From Marsupella aquatica (taxonomy: Eukaryota > Plantae > Marchantiophyta): DNA of 64,000 nt. The position numbers and the translations under genes are program-made. Under the pieces are notes generated by a model. The model was not told the DNA's origin, did no database searches, and saw only the letters and a program-made list of their open reading frames with translations. This document shows positions 13,901-26,105 of the stretch, piece by piece; position 1 is the first letter of the stretch, and the number at the start of each line of letters is the position of its first letter. The DNA lies in contig OZ316892.1 of the NCBI GenBank assembly GCA_973895155.1, positions 26,931,233 through 26,995,232 on the forward strand, given 5' to 3'.

Positions 13901-16900
13901 GCCATTATAGCATGTTCATCCTGGAACATGCCTCTTTGTTTTGTCTTGTAGTGATATGTAACTCATTTGATTTATTTTATGATAGAAATAGGTACATGTA
14001 AAGTATATGCTAAGAAATTAATATCTCTTAATCAAGAGTGAGTGACATAGTACACATGCAATGAAAAGCACATTATGATCAAGAAAATATAAAGGTACTA
14101 AAGAGTTGTGCACGTACAGTACATATTTTCACTAGCTTCTAGGTAATGACAATCAACTCAATTAAAACCATAGATTTTGTAAAAAGAAACCATCAGGGGA
14201 ACTTATTATACCAAATGTGCACATTGTTCAAACTCATTTCTCTCATTCTCATGAGAAAAAAAATAGTGCACTAAGGAGTGATCCCTTGAAAAGGAAAGAT
14301 TATACATTTATGAGGGGAGCCAAATACATTCAAAATACTCTAAGTTCACTAAAATCAAAAGGGGTCCAAAATCAAATTCAAAATCAAATTAATACAAATG
14401 TGATTCACCTAGTTAAGGCACATTAAAATAAAATATTGAACACAAAATCTCAATAAGACAAAATCTGAAAGGTGAATTCACCATATAGCAGCTTCATAAT
14501 TTACCACTAAATGCTTTGTTAGCAACCCAGATGTACTCCATGCATAGCCCAGGAGTACCCGTATTCATTGTAGCAAGTTAGTATTCCGAATTCAAGCTTC
14601 AAAAGTCAACTAGCTTTGCAGAGACCCTCATCCCAAGCCCTTTGCAAACCAAAGATTTGACGCTAAGAAAATTTGCATGTCACTTTCTTATCACCTAAAT
14701 GGACACAAGGGTGTGTTTTTTTTTGTTTTTTTTTTGGGGGGGGGAGTCGGGTTGGGGGTAGCACCTACAGTGTGTGGGATCCAAGCCGGTTATTTGAGTT
14801 TTCCAAAATAGTTTACCTGAATAAACTGTACAGGTATGCAAACCTTTGAAAAAGGGTCAACAAAGTACAATTCAGAACAGGCAAAAGAGGTGAAAGTTTT
14901 TGACTATAAGCCTTCAAATTAACTGTTGCAGTCGTCAATTTTTGTTGTGGTATCCATCACCTCCTGGAAAGGATGACCAGTTGAGTACAATGTGCAAAGC
15001 AATGACTTAGCATGACTTGGCATGACTCACATTGATGGTAACTTTTGCTCAAAAAAGGTCTGGTTGTCTCGTTGCCTGACACCCAGATTAAATGTGACGA
15101 GTACTGTCTTTGCAGAAATCGATGAATCTCTGACTGTTTCTTATCAGGAATGGAAAAATGGAAATTGTCTGATTTGGAAAAGCTTAGGTTGTGATTGGGC
15201 GCCGATTCTCTTTGATACTGTATTAATAACGTAAAGAGAAAAGGGGCAAAAACCAAGTGTCATTCTGATGATCTTCACTTTATCTGTGTTTTTAAGTTGT
15301 GTCGAATAAACAAGTATCTTTAGAGGTCAAACAATAGTTATAACAAACAAGAACACGACAGCTTTCTTAGAAGATGACCAGGCAAAGGTCTCCACGTGCC
15401 GTTGTGAGAGGATGAGACACAATGACAACCAAAGGATATAAATTTTGAGCAGTAAAAAATAGCAAACCTGGGGTCTCCATAGAATAATATCATGACCTGA
15501 TCCTGGTTGGAAATGACCACGCCAAATCGATCAACACTTGGCATGTTGCCGTGGTCTCGGATTAGAAGACTCGTGATTCTTTCGTGACTAATGGCAATGA
15601 ATCAAAGGTCCTTTTTCTTTTCTGAAAGGCAAAGCATTTTAATGACAAGGTCCATATGTGAACTTGGAACGAGCCACCTTTTCGTTCTTTAAGAACGTGT
15701 CTTCTCTTTAGATGTGAATTCAAAGTGTACACATCCTTGATCATTACTTGCTTGCTCTAAAACCCAGCAAAATAGAGAAATATAAATTATTTTTAGAAAC
15801 ACTACACTTTTTAACAACCCACCACAAATACAATAGTTTTTGAAAAATCATAGTAAATTTATCTTGCTTGCTTACCTCAAATAAATTAGACAACTGCTGG
15901 TCTTGGTAAATTTTGTAACCTGCAAGGTCCAAATTTGTGGAGTCAACCGAATAGAATTATCAAGACTAGGGGACAGCCGTGAATAGTGTAGTTTGATGGA
16001 TCAAAATTGTTTCCAGTCTTTCCTATGGCAACCACGTGAGATTTTGGGCGGGATTGCATATTATAATAACATAACAATAACATCCTAGGTTAAGGAATAA
16101 GAGGTTTTAATTTTAAGCAAATAATTTTTCTTGCGATTGAGAGTCCTTCCAATTATATCTACCTAAGCAAGATAAATCTTCCTAGAATTTTGAGTCATTA
16201 AGAAAACATTCTAATACTAAAAAATCCTAGGAGTTTGAGTCCCTCCCATAGGCTGGCGGGCTTGGTTTTCATATCAGCTATATTCCCACTATTTCTCCCT
16301 AAGCATGCCAAATAGACCCTATAGTCTATTGGTTGCTACTCACAATGGCACACATCAGGTCCACTTTCAAATCATGGGGGTGACTTTTGTAGCATTTACT
16401 TCAAGGTAGATAGACACTCTATAAGAACGGACTAATTAATTACCCTGAAAATTAGTCATCCATTCTAGGTACCTCAAAACTAAGGGGCTGCACAAAAAAC
16501 AACAAAAGCTAAAAAATACAAGGGATGCACTTCTACGGAGGATTGAAGGATATGTAGAACAAGAAGACAAAGCAAAGTGACAAAAGGCGCCGTGTACAAA
16601 AATGAATCTTATTTTCTTGCATATTGGCAGAACCTCAGTTTCTGAAGGTTCACAATTCGGTAAGATCACACAATGTTGTGTACGTGAACTCAAGTTAATG
16701 TAGTCTAACTTTATATCATCGTAGTTAAACACATGTTTATGTAGATCCTATTTGACCTTAGGAATCCTATCGAACAAAATGATTGGGATAGGGATCCTAT
16801 CGAAGCCCCTTTCAAAACAGCTATTCCCTCCAGTTAACTAAACACAGATGATGATTTAATTATTTATTTATTGGGGGGTGGGGGTTATTGAAACAAAAAA

Positions 16901-17728
16901 CTTCGTCAGAAATAGCTTTTGAAAATGCATACTTATAATCTTGGGGCCTTGTGAAAGGCTATTCCCATGAAAACAAGCTTGTGTCTAACAAGTCCTCTTT
17001 TCAGCTCAGAAGGATAACAACCATGGTTAGCCATACTTGGCAAAACCATGACCCTGGCTAGTCAATGGGTACAAAACCACTTGTCCATCAAAGAACATGA
17101 TTTTGTCAATTTGGAACTCTTCCTCTTCCCCTCCTCATCTCTTAGCTTTGGGCACTTTGGGCAGCGACTGGACTGAAATCTAGTCTCGTGGCAAAAATTC
17201 CCAAATTCTACATTACTGAAAAGTCTTTGCCACTTCCTTGCTGGACTTTTGGTCTTGCATTAGGTAATTCACGACTAATCACATTAGTCAGAATTGTAGT
17301 GTTATTACTGAATCTAGGGAGATCTAAAGGTCAAAAATCAGTGTAAAGGAATTTAGACAAACCAGAGCATGCTCAGCATCTTCAGCTTCACACAATGTGA
17401 CATAGGCCACCTTGGGGTAAAGGAAAACACACTAAAATTACCCTGGTGGGGGATATGGCATCAAAATATGACATATATTATTTAATACATGGCTTCATAC
17501 CATGATAAACCTTATGATTTTCTTAAATTATTTCTTTAAATTATTGAGAGTAACCCATATATTACCACATTTTGATGTGTTATTACCAGGCAGGTGTAGG
17601 GGAATGTAGGGAGATGGAGAGTATGTACGGCCAGAACAGAAGCAGAATTGTACAGGCAAGCTCCAAACCCAAGAACAAACACACAAAACAAGGAAGAATG
17701 AAAATAATACCCACATTCCTTCTCTCAT
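10945..17728 (-). CDS. Candidate small secreted Cys-containing protein (tentative 4-exon model, about 155 aa)
   Basis: Phase-compatible GT-AG exons 17728-17587, 15919-15876, 12596-12470 and 11099-10945. Hydrophobic N-terminus MREGMWVLFSFFLVLCVCSWVWS. Exons were chosen by eye, so a chance chain is possible. Confidence 0.25.
13906..14495. mobile_element. AT-rich non-autonomous dispersed repeat, copy 1, with terminal hairpin
   Basis: Colinear similarity to 45762-47050: shared start TATAGCATG(T/C)TCATCCTGGAACATGC...TTGTCTTGTAGTGATAT and shared later blocks GGGGAACTTAT, CTCATGAG, AAGGG(G/T)TCCAAAA, AATAAGACAAAA. Perfect 8-bp stem GCATGTTC/GAACATGC at 13910-13931. Confidence 0.7.
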
Positions 17729-20414
17729 GTAGCAGATATATATAACCAGACAGACGGCAACATGGGGATCAAAAAAGCACCTGCTCTAAAGGAGCTTGAC
17801 GAACATTTCGAGACCCCCAAAAACATGAAATAAAAGCACTGCTCAGAAGCTCGGCTTTGGCTTATGCTTAGGCTTGGTGGGGGCTCAAAAAGGTTCATCA
17901 GTCGAGTCAGACCATCGTCATCCAGTTGTAAAGTAAAGGGGCTGCACTCCTGCAGCTGCAGAACGAGCTCCACTAATTCACAGCAGGGAGAGATTCATTC
18001 AATTTCGAGAGAATTTCCTGTCTCGGATCAGGCAGGAGCGCATTGTGTACGGGTAAAGCGCAAAAGGAGAAATCCGGATTGAAAGGAGGATTGCAGGGAG
18101 GCAGGCAGGCTGGCAGGCTGGCTGGTTGGGTGGCTAGCTCAACCTTCGTACAAATTCACAGCAGGGATGGATGGAAAGCCTGGCAAGAATGATCTGTGGT
18201 GAGTGAGTGAGACAACTGGCCCGGCGAAGGAGATCCTCGTTTTCCCGTCTCGGCTGCACAGGGAGGGAAGGAGGGGAGAAGGGACGGGTCTAGATCTCTC
18301 TTCGAGCAAGCTGAAGGGTGCAGCAATGCCCAACGGAAATGGGGACATCCCATCCCAATCTCCAATCTCCAATCGCATCCGCCAGCTACGCCACCCTGCA
18401 TTACAGTTGTAAAGTGGGCGGGGGGCATCTGGGCTATATAAATACCGACCTGGATGGTGTGAAGGGAGCTGAGTGCTGTTGCTCCAGAACAATGATGGAA
18501 GTGGATGCGACAATGAATAGAGGGGACTTTCATGGGACCCAGCAGCACAGCTCCAGAAAGACAAAGCAGATCGATAGCCAGCAGCTGGACAGCCCCTCGA
18601 CCCCCATCTCTGAAGAAAGCCAAGCCCTCTTCCTTCCTCCCGGAAATCTGTCTCCCAGATGGTGGACAACGGTGGTGGTGTGGTGTACGAAGTTACAGTA
18701 CAAGAAAGGAGCTGATGCACACTTCCCTCCCAAAACTCAGCTTTACCTTTACAGCTGGTTTAATTCAATGTTGTGAATTTTGGACCACTTCGCTTCGTTT
18801 CACGTTAATCTCATCGACAACGCGAGGGATGTCAGCTCCGTCGTTAAGATAATCTGTCACTAAAACAGGATCATCACAACCGATGCGCAGCCTGGTTTTC
18901 ACGAACACAGATTGTTTTGATCTCACCTTGCTGTCCCATGAGATAACCCCACGAGATAGCACTGTCAGTGCATCGGCGATAGAGGGGACTGGACGAGATG
19001 CGTGGACGTTTGCTGTCAAAGGAGATAATATTGTCAGAACTATTCTCACTGATCCGTCAGTAGAAAGAGATCTCGAGGGTCAAGATTGTCCCAGGAAATG
19101 TATGAGTCATCAGTTCTTTCTCACGAAGAACCGATGTTTTCGAAAATAAACTGTCAGATGAAGATAAATAATCCGCTAGAAACGTTGGGTTTATCTGATC
19201 TGTGATTTTTACTGCGAGGCAGTGAAATCTTCTGTGCTTTCCCTTCCAGATGCTAGAACCTCTGCAGAAAGACCGAATCCTCAGGTTTCAGAGCCTGGAG
19301 ATGTGGGGCGCATATCTCGTTTTGATGATCTCTTCACATTATCTATCATGGGATTTTCCATGGGTTTGTTTAGTGCTTCTAGAATTCCCGCAATTCGACT
19401 TTTCTCGAGAATCAAACAGCCTGGATCGAAATTCTTAATAAGGAAGTGTTGACAGCAAGAACATCTCCCCTGATCGCTATCTCCTGGACTCACAAACGGA
19501 CTAATGTAGCGGATAGAGATTCTCTCGGTGAGAATCTCATTGTCTAATGTTCTTTCACTTTCGATCCCGGAAGCATAAACCGTTAATGTATGTTTCTCTA
19601 TTACCTGGGTTCGCGAGGAAGGGTTCGCGAGAAGGGTCCACACTTCGTTGCATCGCAATACTACAACAACAAGCTTCATATCTAGTACACTTACAATGAT
19701 GCTAAGGGTGAGAATGTCAGTCGCCCGTCACGTCCCGTCCGGTCGATGAGAAAGAGTTCCCATCTCCAACGATAATGAAGACCACAACAAAGATTCACAG
19801 TTAACTTCTGTGGAAGTTACGGATAATGAACGCAAATATCTTCGCTTGACTTTACGGCAGGTCGAATCATACTCGCAAAAACAAATGCGGTCTGCGAGAC
19901 TGAAAAACTACAAAGCCAGTATCCAAAACCGTGCCCGTTGAAGATAGACTTTGAAAGCCGAGTCTTGTTCTATTTACTCAACCTGGAAAGAACTTCTCTA
20001 GATATATGGTACACAGCGCAGGGTGTCTCAATGCACCCACTACAATACAGGTGGCGGTGGTGATGATAGATTACATTAACTGTCTAGCAGATAGCTGCAA
20101 ACGCTGTTTTCTCAGGGGCACCCAAAGTCGGAATTGGATATCATCGTGGTTTTGTTTCCCCGGCAGCAACAACAGCCTCTCCTAATGTGTGAAGGTGATT
20201 GATGAACTCTAACTAAAACTACTACTACCAAACTACATCCTCAGAGTTATCTAATGAGAAAAAGTGACGTAATGGCTCACTTCTAACTCACGACTACACA
20301 TTCCACCAACTCAACTCCTTGACATTTTTCTGTGCGAGCCGAGCTGTCCAAGTTAATGTAGAGTGCCATGGTAGGCAAGAGAGAAACGTCATCCGGAACC
20401 CGGCAAACCCAGGA

Positions 20415-22285
20415 CTATGATGATGTGATTGGTTGAGAAAGCTCAGTTCTTAATTTTCGGTTAAACGGTCGGCAGGCATCAACACTAAGGTCTACAGCAG
20501 CAGCCAGTGCCATGAACACAGCTGCATCTTCAACACAGGTGACATGGCGCATTGCCAGCTGAATCACAGGCTTGATGCTGCTCTTCTCTCCCTTGACGTT
20601 GGTCTTAAACACAAATCCTCCCACTGAGGGAAGGATATGAGTGAAGGAAAACTCTCCGCTGCTCTTGGGGCTATCCACTGGAGAAACGGGAGATGATCCA
20701 TCTGGTCTCAGCCTGCCTGTGTCGATCAAAAACTCACCACCCTTCTGGGCGTTCAATACAGTTTCAGAAACTAATCTCCCTGCGCTCACGCCAGAAAACC
20801 CGCCCCCTTCCGCATTCAGTTGGAACCTACAACCTATTCCAGCGCTTCCACTCCGTTCTCTCCATGCCTCCAGCCTGCCCCACGGCCTCCAGAGATCGAC
20901 CCCAGTTGACTCAGGTCTCAGTATCAGCCAAGCTCCAGGGTTACTCCTGCTGACTAGATCCGAACCTGATGACGGAACAAATGGTGTGATCATAGATGCT
21001 GCAGCCACAGCGGACCCTGACAGGTCGTGAATCGTCACCAGCCATCCTTTCCGCTCCTTCCTTTCCCTGTTACTGTCCCCGTTGGAATACCCATTTGTTG
21101 ATGACACATCCACTTGCCCAAGCCTGTGGAAAACCAGATGAGAGAACAGTTAGCTCCTTCCTTTCCAACATGAGAAACGCAAAAAAGGTCTCTAAACAAC
21201 TCCACTCCGAACGTCCCACTTCCATCGACTGTCGTATTAAAGCTTGTCTCAAGGGGTTCTGTGCGCAGGGAGGAATGACAAGCGGGCTCTTTATACGGTC
21301 ATAAAAGCAGACAAGCCCACAAGACCATCCCAATATTCCTCCAAATGTCTTTCCGTCGTACTAAAGGAGTGTCTGGGAGCTGACTGGGCATTGCAAAAGA
21401 AGTCTACACGTGCATGAAAATCCTTCCTACGTACCAAGATAGCTCTGGCCTGCAAAATCGGGAAAATGCAACTGCCTCGTTGCGAGGACATGCCACGGGC
21501 TGCCTGGCTGAATGATAGGAAAGAAGTGGTGTCTAATCCCAAACAAGGAGTGGCGTAGACAAGGGTGGCTAGGCAAAAAGAGATTCAAAAAGATACATTC
21601 CTCGAGCACCGACATGAAACCTTTAATTGAGTGGGAGACAAGCAGAGGGTTCTTACCGTGTTCTTGAACTTCTGTCACGGCTGAACTTGCAGCTGAAAAT
21701 TGGCTGACGCATATTGCCCTGAACTTGCACAATTTGGGGACTGAGAGAAGGCTCGCCGTCAAACTGGAAGATATATCTAGGATCAGGCTCCACCTTCACG
21801 TTCAAATGCAGCTGGATACCTGGAATAGTACTGGAGCCCTGTGATTTTCCCCTGCCAATAGCAGTCCACCCGCTGTGAAGCTGAACAGTCCCCTCGCTCC
21901 ATTCCACCGTCACTGGAATCGTAAAGCTACCGAGTTTCTTCCCTTGTCTCACTCCACAACAAGACCCCTGCCGACCTGTAATGACCACAATGTTCAAGTA
22001 CGTACGCCGTCTACTGGAGAGCTTGAAACAGGGCGGGAAGAGCAACCTTTGTAGCGCTGGCTCGTCCAAGTAAAAGCTCGCTGCTGTGGTGTGAGAATCA
22101 GGATCACCTGAGTTCGCCGAGAGGAGAGTAACTGGAACTATCTGTGCTGGGAAGTTGGGAAGACTAATCTCACAGAAGCAAGGTGACGATGCAGAATGCA
22201 CTCCTGTCCTGGAAGGCTTGTTTGTCACTGGAATTCTCAGCCCTAACCCTCCGACCGAGACCTTGATAAATGGCCGAGGTTCCAT
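20415..22285 (-). CDS. Plant DUF1005 family protein, 2 exons, 445 aa
   Basis: Exon 1 22285-21657 (MEPRPFIKVSVGGLGLRIP...EPDPRYIFQFDGEPSLSPQIVQVQGNMRQPIFSCKFS). Phase-2 GT-AG intron 21656-21124. Exon 2 21123-20415 (RKERKGWLVTIHDLSGSAVAAASMITPFVPSSGSDLVSRSNPGAWLILRP...HVTCVEDAAVFMALAAAVDLSVDACRPF). These are hallmark DUF1005 motifs. Confidence 0.95.
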
Positions 22286-23663
22286 AACTCAAGCTCGTTG
22301 AGTTATGGACCACCCACAACCTTTCCCCCACCTCTGTCACCGACACCGACCAGACATGATGTGCTCCGAGTTGCAGCTGATTCAGCACAACCGTCTTCCG
22401 AACGAGACCACAAATCAAAATCAACCGAACCCGCTTGCCTGCTTGGTAGACGCCACCGCTCTTCAATCCAAACCCAAAACCACTCCACGAAAACCTCTTC
22501 TTATGCTCCTTCAACTACGTAACAAAGTCCGACGCCGGTACCACGACGGGATTGAGCACAGATTGATCCCCGCTCGTCATCGTTGCGTCATCCACCGTCC
22601 CAAAACTTCAACCCCACCACCGAAAAGGAGACCTGGTCCAGTTCCGCACACACGAAATGGACACAACCAGCTGGAGATGAAGAGTTTAGGAGTAGAGCAT
22701 ACTCAATCACAGCCCAAGAGCCGAACCATACCTCATGCAAAGAGTGTGTGCCATATCCAGGACTGGGTGAGAGACGACAAAGCAAAGGCTTACGGGAAAG
22801 AGTAAGTCGTCGCAATGGAAAAACCCTATTGTGTGCGCAGCCCCATGAGCTTGCTCGTTCCCTACACTTTCCACCTCCTCAAAAACGTTATGTTGACCCT
22901 GCCGAAGAACCCGAGAAAAGACCAACACTTGGCAAAGAAGAGCTCAATCGAACGATAGGTCCCTCAAAAGAGCCGACAGAGGAATACCCGCCTTTGAAAT
23001 CACTCTCGAAGCTGAAAGAAAAATAGAAGGCACAAGCAGTTGTATATGTATGGCCGAGGGGAAGGAAGGAAGCACGGAGGGGAAGAGGAAACCCGCCAAC
23101 GGGAGCCGTCGCAGTTCTACAAAGGCATACGAGACGCAAGAGAGAGAATGCCAGAGATGCAAACGCCAAGGGTCTCGAACAATGGAACAAGAACAATTGC
23201 CCCACTCCTACTAAGGGTGATGGAGAGCGGGATTCAGTCTGCTCTACATCACTGGATCACGAAAGGCAGTGCTAAGAGCGGCGAAATGCACAAGGATGGG
23301 CGAATCGGTGAACCCGAGAGAATCATGAAAGCTTAGATCGCACAGGGGGAGGAGAAGAATCAAAAACTCACACCAGCAGGAGGTCCGGTAGAATTCCGGC
23401 TGGGAATGGGGGGGCGGGTCGTAGGCTGGCAGCAGCAGGGCTGAATGGCTGGCTGGCTGGAGCGCTGGCTGGGCTCGCTGGGCTGTGGGCTGGCCTGGTG
23501 CCAGGCAGGATGCAGCAAGAAGTACGGTGTGACGGTCCTCCATCGCACATGAGGACAAACGCCAGTGCTTTCTGCCTTTCTGGGCTTCTGCTTCGCTCGA
23601 CTCATCGCTCGCTTCTGCATCTTCTCATCAACTTCTCTCTATACTAATCCTGTCCTGTGCTGT

Positions 23664-23723
23664 ACTCTACTCTACTCTACTCTACATTACTCAACAATAG
23701 ACTAGACTAGACTAGACTAGACT
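23664..23723. repeat. Adjacent pentanucleotide microsatellites (TACTC)n and (TAGAC)n
   Basis: Read directly: tactctactctactctactc and tagactagactagactagactagactag, upstream of the DUF1005 gene. Confidence 0.9.
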
Positions 23724-24925
23724 AGAGCAGTAGACTAGGTTATTAGAGGGCTAGAGGTCTTGACAGCAGAGGCGAGAGCGAGGAGACAAAGCAACCCCAC
23801 CTCCTCGGTCCTATCCCAGCTGGCTGGAAAGCTACAATCTGCGTACTTGGAGAGGGCGGGAGGGGGGAAGGGAGAGTAGGTAATTTGTGTTTTTAAAGGG
23901 CGTTTTGTCCTCTTGGCCAGGGTGGTCAAAGTCACCTTGTGTGAGTGACTGAGGGTGATTTTGTTTTTCCCTTTTGGCCAGGGTGGTCAAAGTCACCTTG
24001 TGTGAACATGAGAAGTTGATAACGATATTCATTACCTTATTTCTCACTGTTAGATCTGCCTGGATTTAAGGATAGCCGCCAGATTCTGGGTAGTGGGGTC
24101 CCTGGCAGTGTGATTTTTAAAGCTTTTTTTTTTTTGGCAAGTCAGTGCACCTTGTGTGAACAAGAAGACGGTAAGTATATTCCTTATCTTACATCCCTAT
24201 ATTATTTTTTGACGTTAGATAACTGCCACATTTTGGATAATGTGGTTTGTAGCAACTTATTTTAAAGGTTTTTGTTTTTGCCAGGGTGGTTGACTGCCCC
24301 CGTGTGATCGAGGAGAAGAGTAAGAAGATTCATAATCTTACTTTCCTAGATCATTTTGGCGGTTAGAAATTCCTGGATTTAAGGACAACTGCCAGATTTT
24401 AGCTAGTTGGGTATGAGGCAGCATAATTGTAAAAGATTTTATCTATTTTGCCAGGATGGAATAGCACCATCTGTAAAGGAGCAGAAATTCATTGTCTAAT
24501 TTTCATTCTTTAATTTTATACTTAGATATTCCTAGATTTAAGGATAACTGTAGGATTCTGGTTAATTGGGTATCTGACTAGGTGGGAACCTGGCTAATCA
24601 AAGACAAGAAGTGGCACGTTGTTGTCACTTAAAGAAATGCAGCTTATGGGCAACAGATGTGCTCTAAAGACCATTCAACAGTATACTTGAAAGAATGATT
24701 ATGGAAACGGAAGAGAAAGAAACAGTGTTCTTTAATGAAAGAGAGGGAAATTACTTTCTGGCTGAAAGAAATATACTCTAACTTGAGTGTACCTTCTTAA
24801 GTTTCCACTATGTGCAGAGGGGTTCTATGTTACGTGACACCTATTGATCTAAAACCCATACGCATTGGAATTTTTTAAGCACTTTATATGTATATGATAA
24901 ATTAAAATATATAAACTTTTCCAAC

Positions 24926-24956
<31 letters not shown>

Positions 24957-25596
24957 TCCTATATATATAGGAAAGATACATCTACCTTATGCTTGAGGAT
25001 AAAGAGAAAGAAACCCGAGTCCCAGACAGCCTCATATGAAGTTCTAACTGATACCCGTATGTCTCACCAAAAAATGAATTCCATATCAAACTAGTGGCTT
25101 ATATTCCTCCTATCTAACATGTGCACATAGTCTAAACAAAACTTACATCAAAATATATACCAAGCAATTCAATCAGCAAAATAGTAAGAAGCGTTTCTCC
25201 ACAAGAGGACGTCAAAATAAATCGCCAGATAGACTGGTGGAGAAAGGAACAAGGAAGAGACGAATCATGACGACACCATTTCTTTTGTACCCACAGTACT
25301 TTTTTTATTGACCAATAAAAAACAAACTCAGAGAGGCGCGAGGCACCCAAGGCCCCCCCACACATGGGACAGCATTTCTTTGTTCAACGCTTTGTTCAAG
25401 GACGCAGGAATAAGGGGGGCCCGCCACCGCAGACGAGGGAGGAGTGGGGCCGCAACAGATGACGTAATAAGGCCAGGCTGGCATTTGGGGACGGCCGTCA
25501 GGCAAGCTGGTAGGCACCAGACAGCCTAATTCAGTAATTCTTCTAATTAGGTTTTTCGTTTTTCGCCCGTGTGACTGATGTCCTCCATACATTTAA

Positions 25597-25800
25597 ACCA
25601 CACCTGCCCCTATAAAGGGCTACGGGTAACCCGTAGCTCTCATTCTAAAGAGTACAAGTTTAGAAATGGGTTTTGAGCTCCACAAAAGATGCTGACTGCA
25701 AAACTTTTTTTGACAACTACTCCACAAAAGGTGCTAGGTTTCCACCTTTTATGGTGAATAGTGAGACATGGAATGAGGCTTTTATAGTGGCAGGTGTGGT
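25597..25800. mobile_element. 204-bp MITE with ~22-bp TIRs, flanked by TTAA
   Basis: Left TTAA|ACCACACCTGCCCCTATAAAG; right TTTTATAGTGGCAGGTGTGGT|TTAA. Internal near-perfect palindrome GCTACGGGTAACCCGTAGC at about 25618-25636. Confidence 0.85.
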
Positions 25801-25944
25801 TTAAGTATGATTGTTGGATCTCACTCCGGATTTAACCCTTGCGGGCAATAAGTCAATAACCAATAATTTTGGGCACGAAAAATAGTCAAATGATGGTCCA
25901 AAAATGAAAAATATAACGAATATTTTGTGAAATTCCCCTGGATT

Positions 25945-26105
25945 CCCTTGGACTCCCGACCCGCCCAGACCCCACCGAGACCTGCCCCAACCCACCCAAA
26001 CCCGGCCCGGACCCCACCCAAACCCAGCCCGGACCCAGCCTGCCTGACCCCATCCCGGGCCTATTGAACCCCTCCCGAACCCTTCCCGAACCCCCTAGAC
26101 ACCCG
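25945..26105. repeat. C-rich low-complexity tract (G-rich on the - strand, potential G-quadruplex)
   Basis: Many CCC/CCCC runs with short spacers (ccccaccgagacctgccccaacccacccaaacccggcccggaccccacc). Confidence 0.6.

Noticed and set aside
18451-18472. miR159/miR319-like sequence (TGAAGGGAGCT)
   Set aside because: Only an 11-nt match, the 5' part differs, and no complementary star arm is visible nearby.
18000-19700. Overlapping 100-190-aa ORFs
   Set aside because: Typical of a GC-rich low-stop region; no domain motifs or consistent splice chain.
20641-21030. Antisense ORFs over DUF1005, ZW10 and RACK1 (this one shown as the example)
   Set aside because: Shadow frames of real coding exons.
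22298-23620. Cluster of overlapping ORFs on both strands
   Set aside because: GC- and purine-skewed 5' UTR/promoter region of the DUF1005 gene; no recognisable protein motifs.
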